NCBI GenBank assembly: GCA_007132995.1
Contig: SLNP01000023.1
Coordinates: 618-64,617, forward strand
DNA length: 64,000 nt
DNA from: Bacteroidales bacterium
Lineage (GTDB): Bacteria > Bacteroidota > Bacteroidia > Bacteroidales > VadinHA17
Direction of reading: 5' to 3'
This document shows positions 1-7,962 of this stretch, in pieces (the stretch's first letter is position 1; each line of letters begins with the position of its first letter). The notes under the pieces were generated by a model. The model had not been told where the DNA came from. It did not search any database and saw only the letters and a program-made list of their open reading frames with translations. The translations under genes and the position numbers were made by a program.

Positions 1-20
1 AGCTGCGACAGCAGCGAGCC

Positions 21-76
21 CATGCCCCATGCCCCATGCCCTTTGCCCTATGCCCTATGCCCTATGCCCTATGCCT
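21..76. repeat. Heptamer tandem repeat, 8 copies (CATGCCC x3, TTTGCCC, TATGCCC x3, TATGCCT)
   Basis: Read directly from the sequence. Confidence 0.95.
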
Positions 77-95
77 GCGAATGCAGTGAGCACTT

Positions 96-116
96 CTCTC
101 CGCTCTCCGCTCTCCG
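96..116. repeat. Heptamer tandem repeat (CTCTCCG)x3
   Basis: Read directly from the sequence. Confidence 0.9.
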
Positions 117-138
117 CTGCGAGCGTCAGTGAGCACTC

Positions 139-199
139 TAAACTCCTCAACTTCTCAACTATTAAACTATAATCAAATAACCGTATAACCGAATATCCA
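139..199. repeat. Degenerate octamer tandem repeats
   Basis: TAAACTCC TCAACTTC TCAACTAT TAAACTAT, then AATAACCG TATAACCG AATATCCA. Confidence 0.6.
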
Positions 200-225
200 T
201 CAACAAGATATTTACATGCAATCAC

Positions 226-252
226 GGAGACGCCCACATTGGGCGTCTCTAC
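226..252 (-). repeat. GTAG-type REP-like palindrome
   Basis: Minus strand GTAGAGACGCCCAATGTGGGCGTCTCC: GTAG tetranucleotide at the foot of a 10-bp stem (GAGACGCCCA/TGGGCGTCTC). Confidence 0.75.
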
Positions 253-547
253 AATCGTTGTTTATGATGGTGCATTTCAATACGAATCCCATCAACCTGG
301 TACCTATACCGAACACCGGCCGGAGGCGACAGCCGACGGCACCGATCACCGCGGCAGCGCAGCTGCCGACAGGGGTAGGGTAGAGTTAACCTTCAAAAAA
401 GGACACTCTATTGAAGAGTATTGATATACGGCCGAAAATAGCCCCGTTTTTTACCGGATAAGAAAAACTGAGGAAAAAACGAGACCAAATTCACAAATGT
501 CAACACGCTGAGACAACAACAATCACCGACAAGAGAGAATAAGTACA

Positions 548-879
548 TTACATATGTAAACTTTAACGGAATGAAATTGAGTATACTACTTAATAGTCAT
601 ACAATCAGTAATTTGTAGTTTATATATAAAGCAACAGATTATCTATTTTCTCTACAATACGCCCATATATGGGTAATATTGGTTAGATATTCAATATATA
701 ATACTCTAAACCAGTATATACAGACACCTAATATGAACCAATACTATATATTTCGACCTCTCTCATATCCCCATATAATGGAATACCTGGAAAAAGAGAT
801 ATTATCGACTATTTGACTAATTACAGATGTAAATTCAATTACATTACAAGTGTAAATAAAAATTGAATTACATTTGTAA
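548..879. promoter_or_regulatory. Four TTACA-N2-TGTAA palindromes (548-559, 821-832, 844-855, 868-879); the last overlaps the TAnnTTTG -7 box of the XRE gene
   Basis: ttacatatgtaa, ttacagatgtaa, ttacaagtgtaa, ttacatttgtaa; TACATTTG at 869-876. Confidence 0.75.
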
Positions 880-906
880 TGTTACTGTTTTAATGCACTA
901 CACTGT

Positions 907-1362
907 ATGAAAGATCGAATTTTAATGTTTCTGAGCAATGAAAACCGTTCCTCTGCGCGGTTTGCAGCTGATATAGGCGTTCAGCCATCGAGTGTTTCGC
1001 ACATTCTCTCCGGTCGTAATAATCCGAGTCTCGATTTTGTTATGAAGATGTTGAAGAGGTATCCCTATCTGAGCACCGAATGGCTACTCTTTGGTACAGG
1101 CAAAATGTATAATCAGCAGGCCGAGCCTACACTGTTCGATCAGGAAGAGCCATATGACACTTTTGATAATGAGATAACTCCTCAAAATGAAGAGATTATA
1201 ACAACTACTCAGTCAGATGTTTCGGGAAAAAGAGGCTCTCTTCCTGATGATTCTGCCGACAGTCATAAACCGGACAGTAAAAGAAAAAGTGCTGTTAAGA
1301 TTGTGATATTCTACAATGACAACACTTTCGAACAGTTTCAACCGGTAGAGGGTGGGTGTTAG
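907..1362 (+). CDS. XRE-family helix-turn-helix protein
   Basis: N-terminal HTH (FAADIGVQPSSVSHILSGRNNPSLD...WLLFGTGKM), acidic linker, C-terminal KIVIFYNDNTFE motif. Confidence 0.9.
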   Translation: MKDRILMFLSNENRSSARFAADIGVQPSSVSHILSGRNNPSLDFVMKMLKRYPYLSTEWLLFGTGKMYNQQAEPTLFDQEEPYDTFDNEITPQNEEIITTTQSDVSGKRGSLPDDSADSHKPDSKRKSAVKIVIFYNDNTFEQFQPVEGGC

Positions 1363-1440
1363 ATGTTAATAGAAAATTTGTGCAGACTCTGTGGCTCTAT
1401 TCGCTATTACTCTATATTTGCAGGAAAACATGGTGATTAT

Positions 1441-2232
1441 ATGGGAAAATATGTGCGTGATCTTACAATTAAGGAGAGCCGTAAAGCCGGTAGTGACCTC
1501 CAGTTGATAACCCTCTTTACCGGCCAGCCCTTTCCGGGCTTCCTGCCGGGCCAGTTTCTTCAGATACGGGTAGATGGAAGCAGCGATACTTTTCTGCGCA
1601 GACCTTTCTCCGTGCATGACTACGATAGCAGTAGCGGCGAGCTCAAAATACTTGTTCATATTGTGGGAAACGGTAGCAGAACTCTTGCGGCTATGCCTCC
1701 GGGAGAGTCCGTTAATGCAATCTTTCCACTTGGAAACTCCTTTACCATGCCGGAGAAGGGGCAGAAGGTGCTATTGGTTGGTGGAGGATGCGGAATCGCA
1801 CCTCTTCTTTATCTTGGAAGAAAAATCGTGGAAAACGGTATTAAACCTCAGTTTCTGCTCGGATTCCGTAACAGCTCGGTTATGCCTGAGACCAGGCCAT
1901 ATAGTGAGCTGGGTGAGCTGCTGATAGTTACCGAAGATGGCTCTGAAGGAGAGGCTGGCTTCGTTACTGACCACCATGTTCTGAAAGAGGGAGAGTATGA
2001 CAGAATATACTGTTGCGGGCCAGATGAGATGATGAAGGCTGTCGTTAATGCCCCTGCGGCCCTTAATGCGGGTTGTGAAGTATCTCTTGAGAACCTAATG
2101 GCTTGCGGCTTTGGTGTATGCCTTTGCTGTATTGCAGAGACGGTAAGGGGCAACCTCTGTACCTGCACCGATGGTCCGGTTTTTAACTCTGCCGACCTTA
2201 AGTGGGGACAGCCAGGTATTTCGTGCGGGTAG
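1441..2232 (+). CDS. pyrK: Dihydroorotate dehydrogenase electron transfer subunit
   Basis: PGQF, RRPFS, GGGCGIAP, MACGFGVCLCC...CTDGPVF [2Fe-2S] motif; start placed at ATG 1441. Confidence 0.95.
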   Translation: MGKYVRDLTIKESRKAGSDLQLITLFTGQPFPGFLPGQFLQIRVDGSSDTFLRRPFSVHDYDSSSGELKILVHIVGNGSRTLAAMPPGESVNAIFPLGNSFTMPEKGQKVLLVGGGCGIAPLLYLGRKIVENGIKPQFLLGFRNSSVMPETRPYSELGELLIVTEDGSEGEAGFVTDHHVLKEGEYDRIYCCGPDEMMKAVVNAPAALNAGCEVSLENLMACGFGVCLCCIAETVRGNLCTCTDGPVFNSADLKWGQPGISCG

Positions 2233-2296
2233 CTGATAGGCATGTTACCGATACCCAATGATACAGTAAAACAGAACCGATAAAGAGATAGCAACT

Positions 2297-3217
2297 ATGA
2301 TTGATATGACCGTTGATCTGAATGGATTAAAGCTCAAGAATCCGGTTATGACTGCCTCGGGTACTTCCGGGTATGGAACTGAACTTGAAGATTTCTTTGA
2401 TCCTTCACTTCTTGGAGCCCTTATTGTTAAGGGAACAACACCTGAACCGAGGGAGGGAAACAGATACCCACGAATGGCAGAGACTGCCTCCGGAATGCTT
2501 AACTCTGTAGGACTTCAGAACAAGGGTATCGGCCACTTCAAGGAGGTTATATACCCCGATATTTCTCGCTATGACACCGAGGTTATTGTAAACATCAACG
2601 GTAACACTATCGATGACTATCTCAACATAACTGGCCAGCTGGTCTCTATGGATAAGATAAGGGCTATTGAACTTAATATTTCCTGTCCTAATGTCAAGAT
2701 GGGAGGAATGGCCTTTGGTACTCACTCTGCGAGTGCCAGGGAGGTGATAAGAGAGGTGCGGAAAGCATGGCCCCGCCATCTTATGGTTAAACTCTCTCCC
2801 AATGTGACCTCGGTAACAGAGTTTGCATCTATAGCCGAAGAGGAGGGAGCAGATTCACTTTCACTTATCAACACCCTTCTCGGTATTGCTATAGATGCTG
2901 AGAAGAGGAGACCCAAGCTTGCAAACATTACCGGAGGGCTTTCAGGTCCGGCTATTAAGCCTGTGGCGCTCAGAATGGTATGGCAGGTTTCGAAGGCAGT
3001 TGAAATACCTGTGGTTGGCATTGGGGGTATTGTTAGCAGCGATGATGCACTGGAGTTTATTATTGCCGGAGCCTCAGCGATACAGGTTGGTACCGGAATA
3101 TTTCTCGATCCTGAAGCTCCGGTTAAAATAGTAAAAGGTATTGAGGATTACTGTAAAAGGCATGGATTCAGTAATACAGAAGAGTTCAGGGGATCTTTCG
3201 AAGATGTGGCTCCATAG
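2297..3217 (+). CDS. pyrD: Dihydroorotate dehydrogenase, class 1B catalytic subunit
   Basis: NPVMTASGT, ELNISCPNV, KLSPNVT, GGLSGPAIKP; follows pyrK. Confidence 0.96.
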   Translation: MIDMTVDLNGLKLKNPVMTASGTSGYGTELEDFFDPSLLGALIVKGTTPEPREGNRYPRMAETASGMLNSVGLQNKGIGHFKEVIYPDISRYDTEVIVNINGNTIDDYLNITGQLVSMDKIRAIELNISCPNVKMGGMAFGTHSASAREVIREVRKAWPRHLMVKLSPNVTSVTEFASIAEEEGADSLSLINTLLGIAIDAEKRRPKLANITGGLSGPAIKPVALRMVWQVSKAVEIPVVGIGGIVSSDDALEFIIAGASAIQVGTGIFLDPEAPVKIVKGIEDYCKRHGFSNTEEFRGSFEDVAP

Positions 3218-3314
3218 CCTCTTAAAAAAAAGACCAGATATTTTCCTGTTATAATTAAAAATTATAACTTAAGCCCACTATTTTTATCCGAAGTACTAAC
3301 TAAATTATAGAATA

Positions 3315-3782
3315 ATGGCCGAAAAGATGCAAATTGATAATCTGGACAGGAAAATACTGAGTATCATCACCAGAGATGCCCGTGTGCCCTATGTGGAGGT
3401 TGGAAAGGCCTGCGGTGTTTCGGGTGCTGCCATACACCAGAGAGTGCAGCGTCTGAAGAAGAGGGGTATAATAAAGGGGTCGAAATTTGTTGTTGACCCT
3501 GCAAGGATATCCCTTAGCACCTGCGCCTTTATAGGTGTTTTTCTCGACCATCCACGGCTATATGCCGATGTTGTAAAGCGACTTGATGAGGTAGCTGAGA
3601 TAACCGAATGCCACTACACAACTGGTAACTACTCACTCTTTATTAAGGTGTACGCCAAAGATAATGATCACCTGAGAACTCTTCTTAAGGATAAGATTCA
3701 GACCATTGAGGGGGTGATAAGAACCGAGACCCTTATCTCTCTTGAGGAGTCCATAAACAGAGAGATACCTATATTACCCTGA
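3315..3782 (+). CDS. Lrp/AsnC family transcriptional regulator
   Basis: IDNLDRKILSIITRDAR HTH; ECHYTTGNY ligand-binding domain. Confidence 0.93.
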   Translation: MAEKMQIDNLDRKILSIITRDARVPYVEVGKACGVSGAAIHQRVQRLKKRGIIKGSKFVVDPARISLSTCAFIGVFLDHPRLYADVVKRLDEVAEITECHYTTGNYSLFIKVYAKDNDHLRTLLKDKIQTIEGVIRTETLISLEESINREIPILP

Positions 3783-3957
3783 CAGACCTCTTTTTCTGTC
3801 TCTGATACAGCTCTTACATTGTACGGCTGATCCGGAGGTAGCATAAGATTAGTGTCGGTGCTTTTCTGTTGAACAAATACCATGTGCCCCTGTTGTATCG
3901 TTGTAGTTGCCGGTATAGACAGGTGTACTGGTAATACTACTGACAAGAAGTCGACAA

Positions 3958-4380
3958 ATGAGAAAGGGTCTATTTATAATTGGTTCATCTATAAGAAAAA
4001 GCCTCGCCTTACTCCTCACTGTTACCCTTTTACTGCTTCTCTATAACAATACCGTCAACAGACATTTTCATATGCTACCCGGCGGCCTTCTTATAGAGCA
4101 CGCTCACCCTTTCGGGTCACCGGCCTCAATCTTTGACGGGATCGATGACCACTCTCATAGCGACAAAGAGATACTTCTTCTCGGACAGCTATTTGCCATC
4201 TTTACTGTTGTTTTACTCCTTGCTGCCCTCCTGATACTGCTTTATATTTCAGCAATTTGCGAAAAAGGAGATACTCCATCAGGTAACTGCCATCCGCTAA
4301 AACCATTCTCTATACCCCTTATGCGGGCGCCCCCTCTCCGGGCACTGCTATCGGAGAACCCCCATATTTTGCATAAATAG
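3958..4380 (+). CDS. His-rich two-TM membrane protein with RAPP motif (putative translation-arrest leader)
   Basis: TM1, HFH...EHAHPF...DHSHS, TM2, then LMRAPP (aa 123-126); 82 bp upstream of a TonB receptor. Confidence 0.7.
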   Translation: MRKGLFIIGSSIRKSLALLLTVTLLLLLYNNTVNRHFHMLPGGLLIEHAHPFGSPASIFDGIDDHSHSDKEILLLGQLFAIFTVVLLLAALLILLYISAICEKGDTPSGNCHPLKPFSIPLMRAPPLRALLSENPHILHK

Positions 4381-4462
4381 CTCTCTTAATATGGTATCCG
4401 GATAGTGTGATTATAAAATAGTGACTTTATTAGCAACAAATTCATATATAAGAATATAAGAG

Positions 4463-6700
4463 ATGAAAACTAAAGATATTATTGCAATAACAGCTATGCT
4501 GCTGATTGCTGCCGCACCACTTTTGCACGGACAGGAGGGGGAGACCGACTCAAATGTATTCGGACATGTTATAGATGCCTCTACGGATGAGCATGTACCC
4601 TTTATAAATGTTGTGATAGAGGGAACAAGAATCGGCACAATTACAGATGGCTCAGGCCACTACATACTTACAAATCTTCCGGTAGGGAAACATACCCTTG
4701 TGGTACTGGGTATGGGTTATGAGACCCAAAGGATAGAGATAGAGATAGATCTCGGACAGACGCTTGAGGTGGATTTCGAGGTTAACTATGTAGGTATTAA
4801 TCTCGATGATATAGTTGTTACAGCCTCTCCAACGGCCAGTGGATTCAGGTACCAGCCTGATATTGCCTACCTTGGTGAACAGCTTCAGAGGCGTAATGAG
4901 GTCTCTTTCGGTGAAATACTCAATTTCTCTCCCGGCATTTCCATGCGATCTTTCGGCTCTGCCCCGGCTCGCCCTGTTATAAGGGGGCTTGATGGTGACA
5001 GGATACTGGTACTGGAGAACGGTGAACGGATGGGCGATGTTTCAGAAACATCGGCAGACCATGCCATTGCAATGGATCCGATGGTGGCCTCAAGAATAGA
5101 GGTGGTAAGGGGTCCTGCAAGTCTTCTCTACGGCCCAAGTGCCCTTGGCGGGGTCATAAATCTGATGACAACCGATATTCCCGACAGATGGGATTTCGGA
5201 TCGTCCGGACTTCTCTCGTCCCAGTACAGTTCAATGAACAGAATGGGTGCCGGTTTTGCGCGCTATACTCACGGATGGGACAGCTATGCGATAAGCGGCA
5301 GGTTTGCATATCGTGAAGGCGGAGACATTAGGACACCCGCCGGAAGGGTGCCAGGCACATCTATGCGCAACACTGATGGCGCATTAGGATTTGGCTTCAG
5401 CGGCGACCGGGCAACAGGTGGAATCTCTTTTTCGGCTTCAGATCAGGAGTATGAGGTTCCGGAAAGCAGCCTTATTGATGATGAGGGTGTCTACATAACA
5501 ATGCAGAGAGTGGCGTTGCAGGGAAGGGTCGCTATGCAAAACAGCAGCAGCTTCTTCGACAGAACACAGTTCAGGTTTAATGCGAGCAGGATGTTTCAGC
5601 AGGAGATTGAGTATGAATATGATGACGGACTTAGAGATGAAGATGTTGAATTAGAGTACCTCAAGCACACATTTAGTTCAACAGCCACTTTGCAGCATAA
5701 GCCGTTCTCATTTTTTGACAGGGGTGCGGTAGGCCTTAACCTTTATGGCCACAATCTTGATGTGTCGGGCGATGAAGCCTACACGCCAGGCGAAAGAAGG
5801 TTTAACATGGGGCTTTTTACATTTCAGGAGATACCTATAACCAATACAATGCGCTTTCAGGCAGGGGTTAGATTCGACCTGATGCATATAGGGGCCATGG
5901 AGAATGAACTTTTTCCCGGAATAAGGGACAATAGGTTTGCCATAAACTACTCGGGTTCATTTGGTTTTAATCATAGACCTATTGAGGGGCTTGAGATAGG
6001 AGGACAGTTTGCCCGTTCACACAGAAATCCCTCTGTTGAGGAGCTTTTTGCCAACGGAGTGCATATAGGAGCCGGTGTTTATGAGCTGGGCAATAGTAAT
6101 CTGCGTGATGAGATAGGTCAGGGTACAGATTTTTTTATAAACTGGAATCGCAACCCCCTTGTGATGGAGGCCGCTTTTTTTGTAAACCATTTCAGAAACT
6201 ACATTATATTTGAGTCTACCGGCACAACAGATGATGATTCGGGCTACCCCGTATTCAGATACAGGGGCGAGGAGGCAAGGCTGGCAGGAGCTGAGCTATC
6301 TGCCTTCTGGACCCCGCACAGGAGAGTTGAGATCGGTATGGCAGCCGACTTTGTGACCGGTAAGGTGATAGCAGACGAAGAGAGCTACCTGCCATTTATA
6401 CCCCCTTTCAGGATTCGTGGTGAGGTAGAGTATGACTATGACAGGGGATGGGTAGGCGCAAGGGTGACCCATGCAGCCAGGCAGGATAGGGTGGCCACAG
6501 AGGAGGATCCAACCGATGGTTATACTCTACTGGCCCTGTCGGCAGGCTATCGTATCAGGACATCTGTCATGCAGCTTATTATTTTAAGAGTTGACAACCT
6601 GCTTGATCAGGAGTATCGTGACCATCTCTCGAGGATAGAAGATCGTAACTATCCCATGCCTGGCAGGAATATTTCTCTCACCTACCGGCTGATGTTTTAG
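4463..6700 (+). CDS. TonB-dependent receptor, ZnuD-like metal uptake, with N-terminal carboxypeptidase-regulatory-like domain
   Basis: Signal peptide; RPVIRGL and DVSETSADHA plug; IEVVRGPASLLYG; ELFANGVH; YRDHLSR; terminal Phe. Confidence 0.9.
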   Translation: MKTKDIIAITAMLLIAAAPLLHGQEGETDSNVFGHVIDASTDEHVPFINVVIEGTRIGTITDGSGHYILTNLPVGKHTLVVLGMGYETQRIEIEIDLGQTLEVDFEVNYVGINLDDIVVTASPTASGFRYQPDIAYLGEQLQRRNEVSFGEILNFSPGISMRSFGSAPARPVIRGLDGDRILVLENGERMGDVSETSADHAIAMDPMVASRIEVVRGPASLLYGPSALGGVINLMTTDIPDRWDFGSSGLLSSQYSSMNRMGAGFARYTHGWDSYAISGRFAYREGGDIRTPAGRVPGTSMRNTDGALGFGFSGDRATGGISFSASDQEYEVPESSLIDDEGVYITMQRVALQGRVAMQNSSSFFDRTQFRFNASRMFQQEIEYEYDDGLRDEDVELEYLKHTFSSTATLQHKPFSFFDRGAVGLNLYGHNLDVSGDEAYTPGERRFNMGLFTFQEIPITNTMRFQAGVRFDLMHIGAMENELFPGIRDNRFAINYSGSFGFNHRPIEGLEIGGQFARSHRNPSVEELFANGVHIGAGVYELGNSNLRDEIGQGTDFFINWNRNPLVMEAAFFVNHFRNYIIFESTGTTDDDSGYPVFRYRGEEARLAGAELSAFWTPHRRVEIGMAADFVTGKVIADEESYLPFIPPFRIRGEVEYDYDRGWVGARVTHAARQDRVATEEDPTDGYTLLALSAGYRIRTSVMQLIILRVDNLLDQEYRDHLSRIEDRNYPMPGRNISLTYRLMF

Positions 6701-6787
6701 ACCTGATTTAGAGAACTGACAACAGCAGTGAGTCGGTCACTACTCATTTAGATATTCACACCTCCGGCAACCGGTTTTGGAAAAGCG

Positions 6788-6830
6788 AAAGAGAGGAGCG
6801 CCGCTCCTCTCTTTTCTCTTTTTTCTTTTT
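6788..6830. terminator. Intrinsic terminator between the receptor and tRNA-Lys (probably bidirectional)
   Basis: AAAGAGAGGAGCG...CGCTCCTCTCTTT stem followed by a T-rich tract. Confidence 0.8.
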
Positions 6831-6832
6831 CG

Positions 6833-6905
6833 TGATTCAGCTGGGGCTCGAACCCAGGACCCCATCCTTAAAAGGGATGTGCTCTACCAGCTGAGCTACT
6901 GAATC
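6833..6905 (-). tRNA. tRNA-Lys(TTT)
   Basis: GATTCAGTAGCTCAGCTGGTAGAGCACATCCCTTTTAAGGATGGGGTCCTGGGTTCGAGCCCCAGCTGAATCA folds as a cloverleaf; CCA not encoded. Confidence 0.97.
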
Positions 6906-7041
6906 AGTCCCTCTTTTGCGAGTGCAAATGTATTAAAAAAAAAAAGAACACCAAGTTGGATAGTGGTTTTTTCTATTCTGCGATTTCTTTTATTTTGCAG
7001 CTGTTTTCAGATGAAGGTCATCCTTGGTTTTCTCAAAATAT

Positions 7042-7866
7042 ATGTTGATGAGAGATAGATTCATAGGGAAGGTTGTAGTTATTACAGGAGCCTCGTCAGG
7101 CATTGGAATGGCGACAGCGTATCAGTTTGCGGATCTTGGCTCCAGAGTAGTTCTTGCAGCAAGGTCAGCGGATAAGCTGCAGGCGATATGTGATGATATA
7201 TCGGCCAAAGGAGGGGAGGCTATATCCGTTGTAACTGATGTATCAAAAGAGGGTGATTGTAAAAGGCTTATCGATACTGCCATTGAGCATTTCGGATCCC
7301 TCGATATACTTGTAAATAATGCGGGTATATCAATGAGGGCATCTTTTTCAGAGGTCGATATCTCCGTTCTGCACAGGCTTATGGATGTCAATTTCTGGGG
7401 AACCGTATACTGTACAAAATATTCACTTCCCCATCTATTAGAGAGTAGAGGCTCTCTGGTAGGCGTATCGTCAGTTGCCGGGTTTCACGGACTGCCCGGC
7501 AGAACCGGTTACTCAGCATCGAAGTTTGCAATGCATGGCTTCCTGGAGACTATCAGGATAGAGAATCTGCGTACAGGTCTGCATGTTATGATAATAGCAC
7601 CCGGCTTCACAGCGACAAATGTTCGCTGCAATGCCCTTACCGCAGACGGCTCCGTTCAGGGTGAATCTCCCCGGAATGAGAACCGTATGGATACTCCCGG
7701 GCATGTTGCAAGGTGGATAGTGAAGGGGATAGTCAAGAGGAAGCGAAACAAGCTTCTAACCTGGGATGGCAGACTAACTGCGCTCTTGCAGAGGATTATC
7801 CCGGGGGTAGTCGACTGGGCCTACTATCGTGAAATGGCGAAAGAGAAAGACTCGCCTTTAAAGTAG
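7042..7866 (+). CDS. Short-chain dehydrogenase/reductase
   Basis: TGASSGIG, NNAG, YSASK motifs. Confidence 0.93.
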   Translation: MLMRDRFIGKVVVITGASSGIGMATAYQFADLGSRVVLAARSADKLQAICDDISAKGGEAISVVTDVSKEGDCKRLIDTAIEHFGSLDILVNNAGISMRASFSEVDISVLHRLMDVNFWGTVYCTKYSLPHLLESRGSLVGVSSVAGFHGLPGRTGYSASKFAMHGFLETIRIENLRTGLHVMIIAPGFTATNVRCNALTADGSVQGESPRNENRMDTPGHVARWIVKGIVKRKRNKLLTWDGRLTALLQRIIPGVVDWAYYREMAKEKDSPLK

Positions 7867-7962
7867 CCCCCATGCTGTTTAGCGAAAAAAAACTGCATGA
7901 TATGCCATTTTTAGTATAGATTATAGCTATTTTTACATTAGGAAATCATTAACCGTTTTATC

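Noticed and set aside
1..200. CRISPR array
   Set aside because: Units are 7-8 bp tandem repeats or short degenerate motifs; there are no unique spacers of regular length and no cas genes
55..424. Short ORFs 55-237 (-) and 239-424 (+)
   Set aside because: They run through repeats and hairpins, use non-ATG starts and show no protein motifs
3783..3957. Riboswitch (cobalamin, TPP or NiCo) upstream of the leader and receptor
   Set aside because: No conserved riboswitch core recognised
6833..6905. Integration site at tRNA-Lys
   Set aside because: No integrase and no duplicated tRNA 3' end seen in the window
6935..6945. A11 tract as a phase-variable promoter
   Set aside because: Lies in an AT-rich spacer between the tRNA and the SDR gene; such tracts are common and nothing else supports variation
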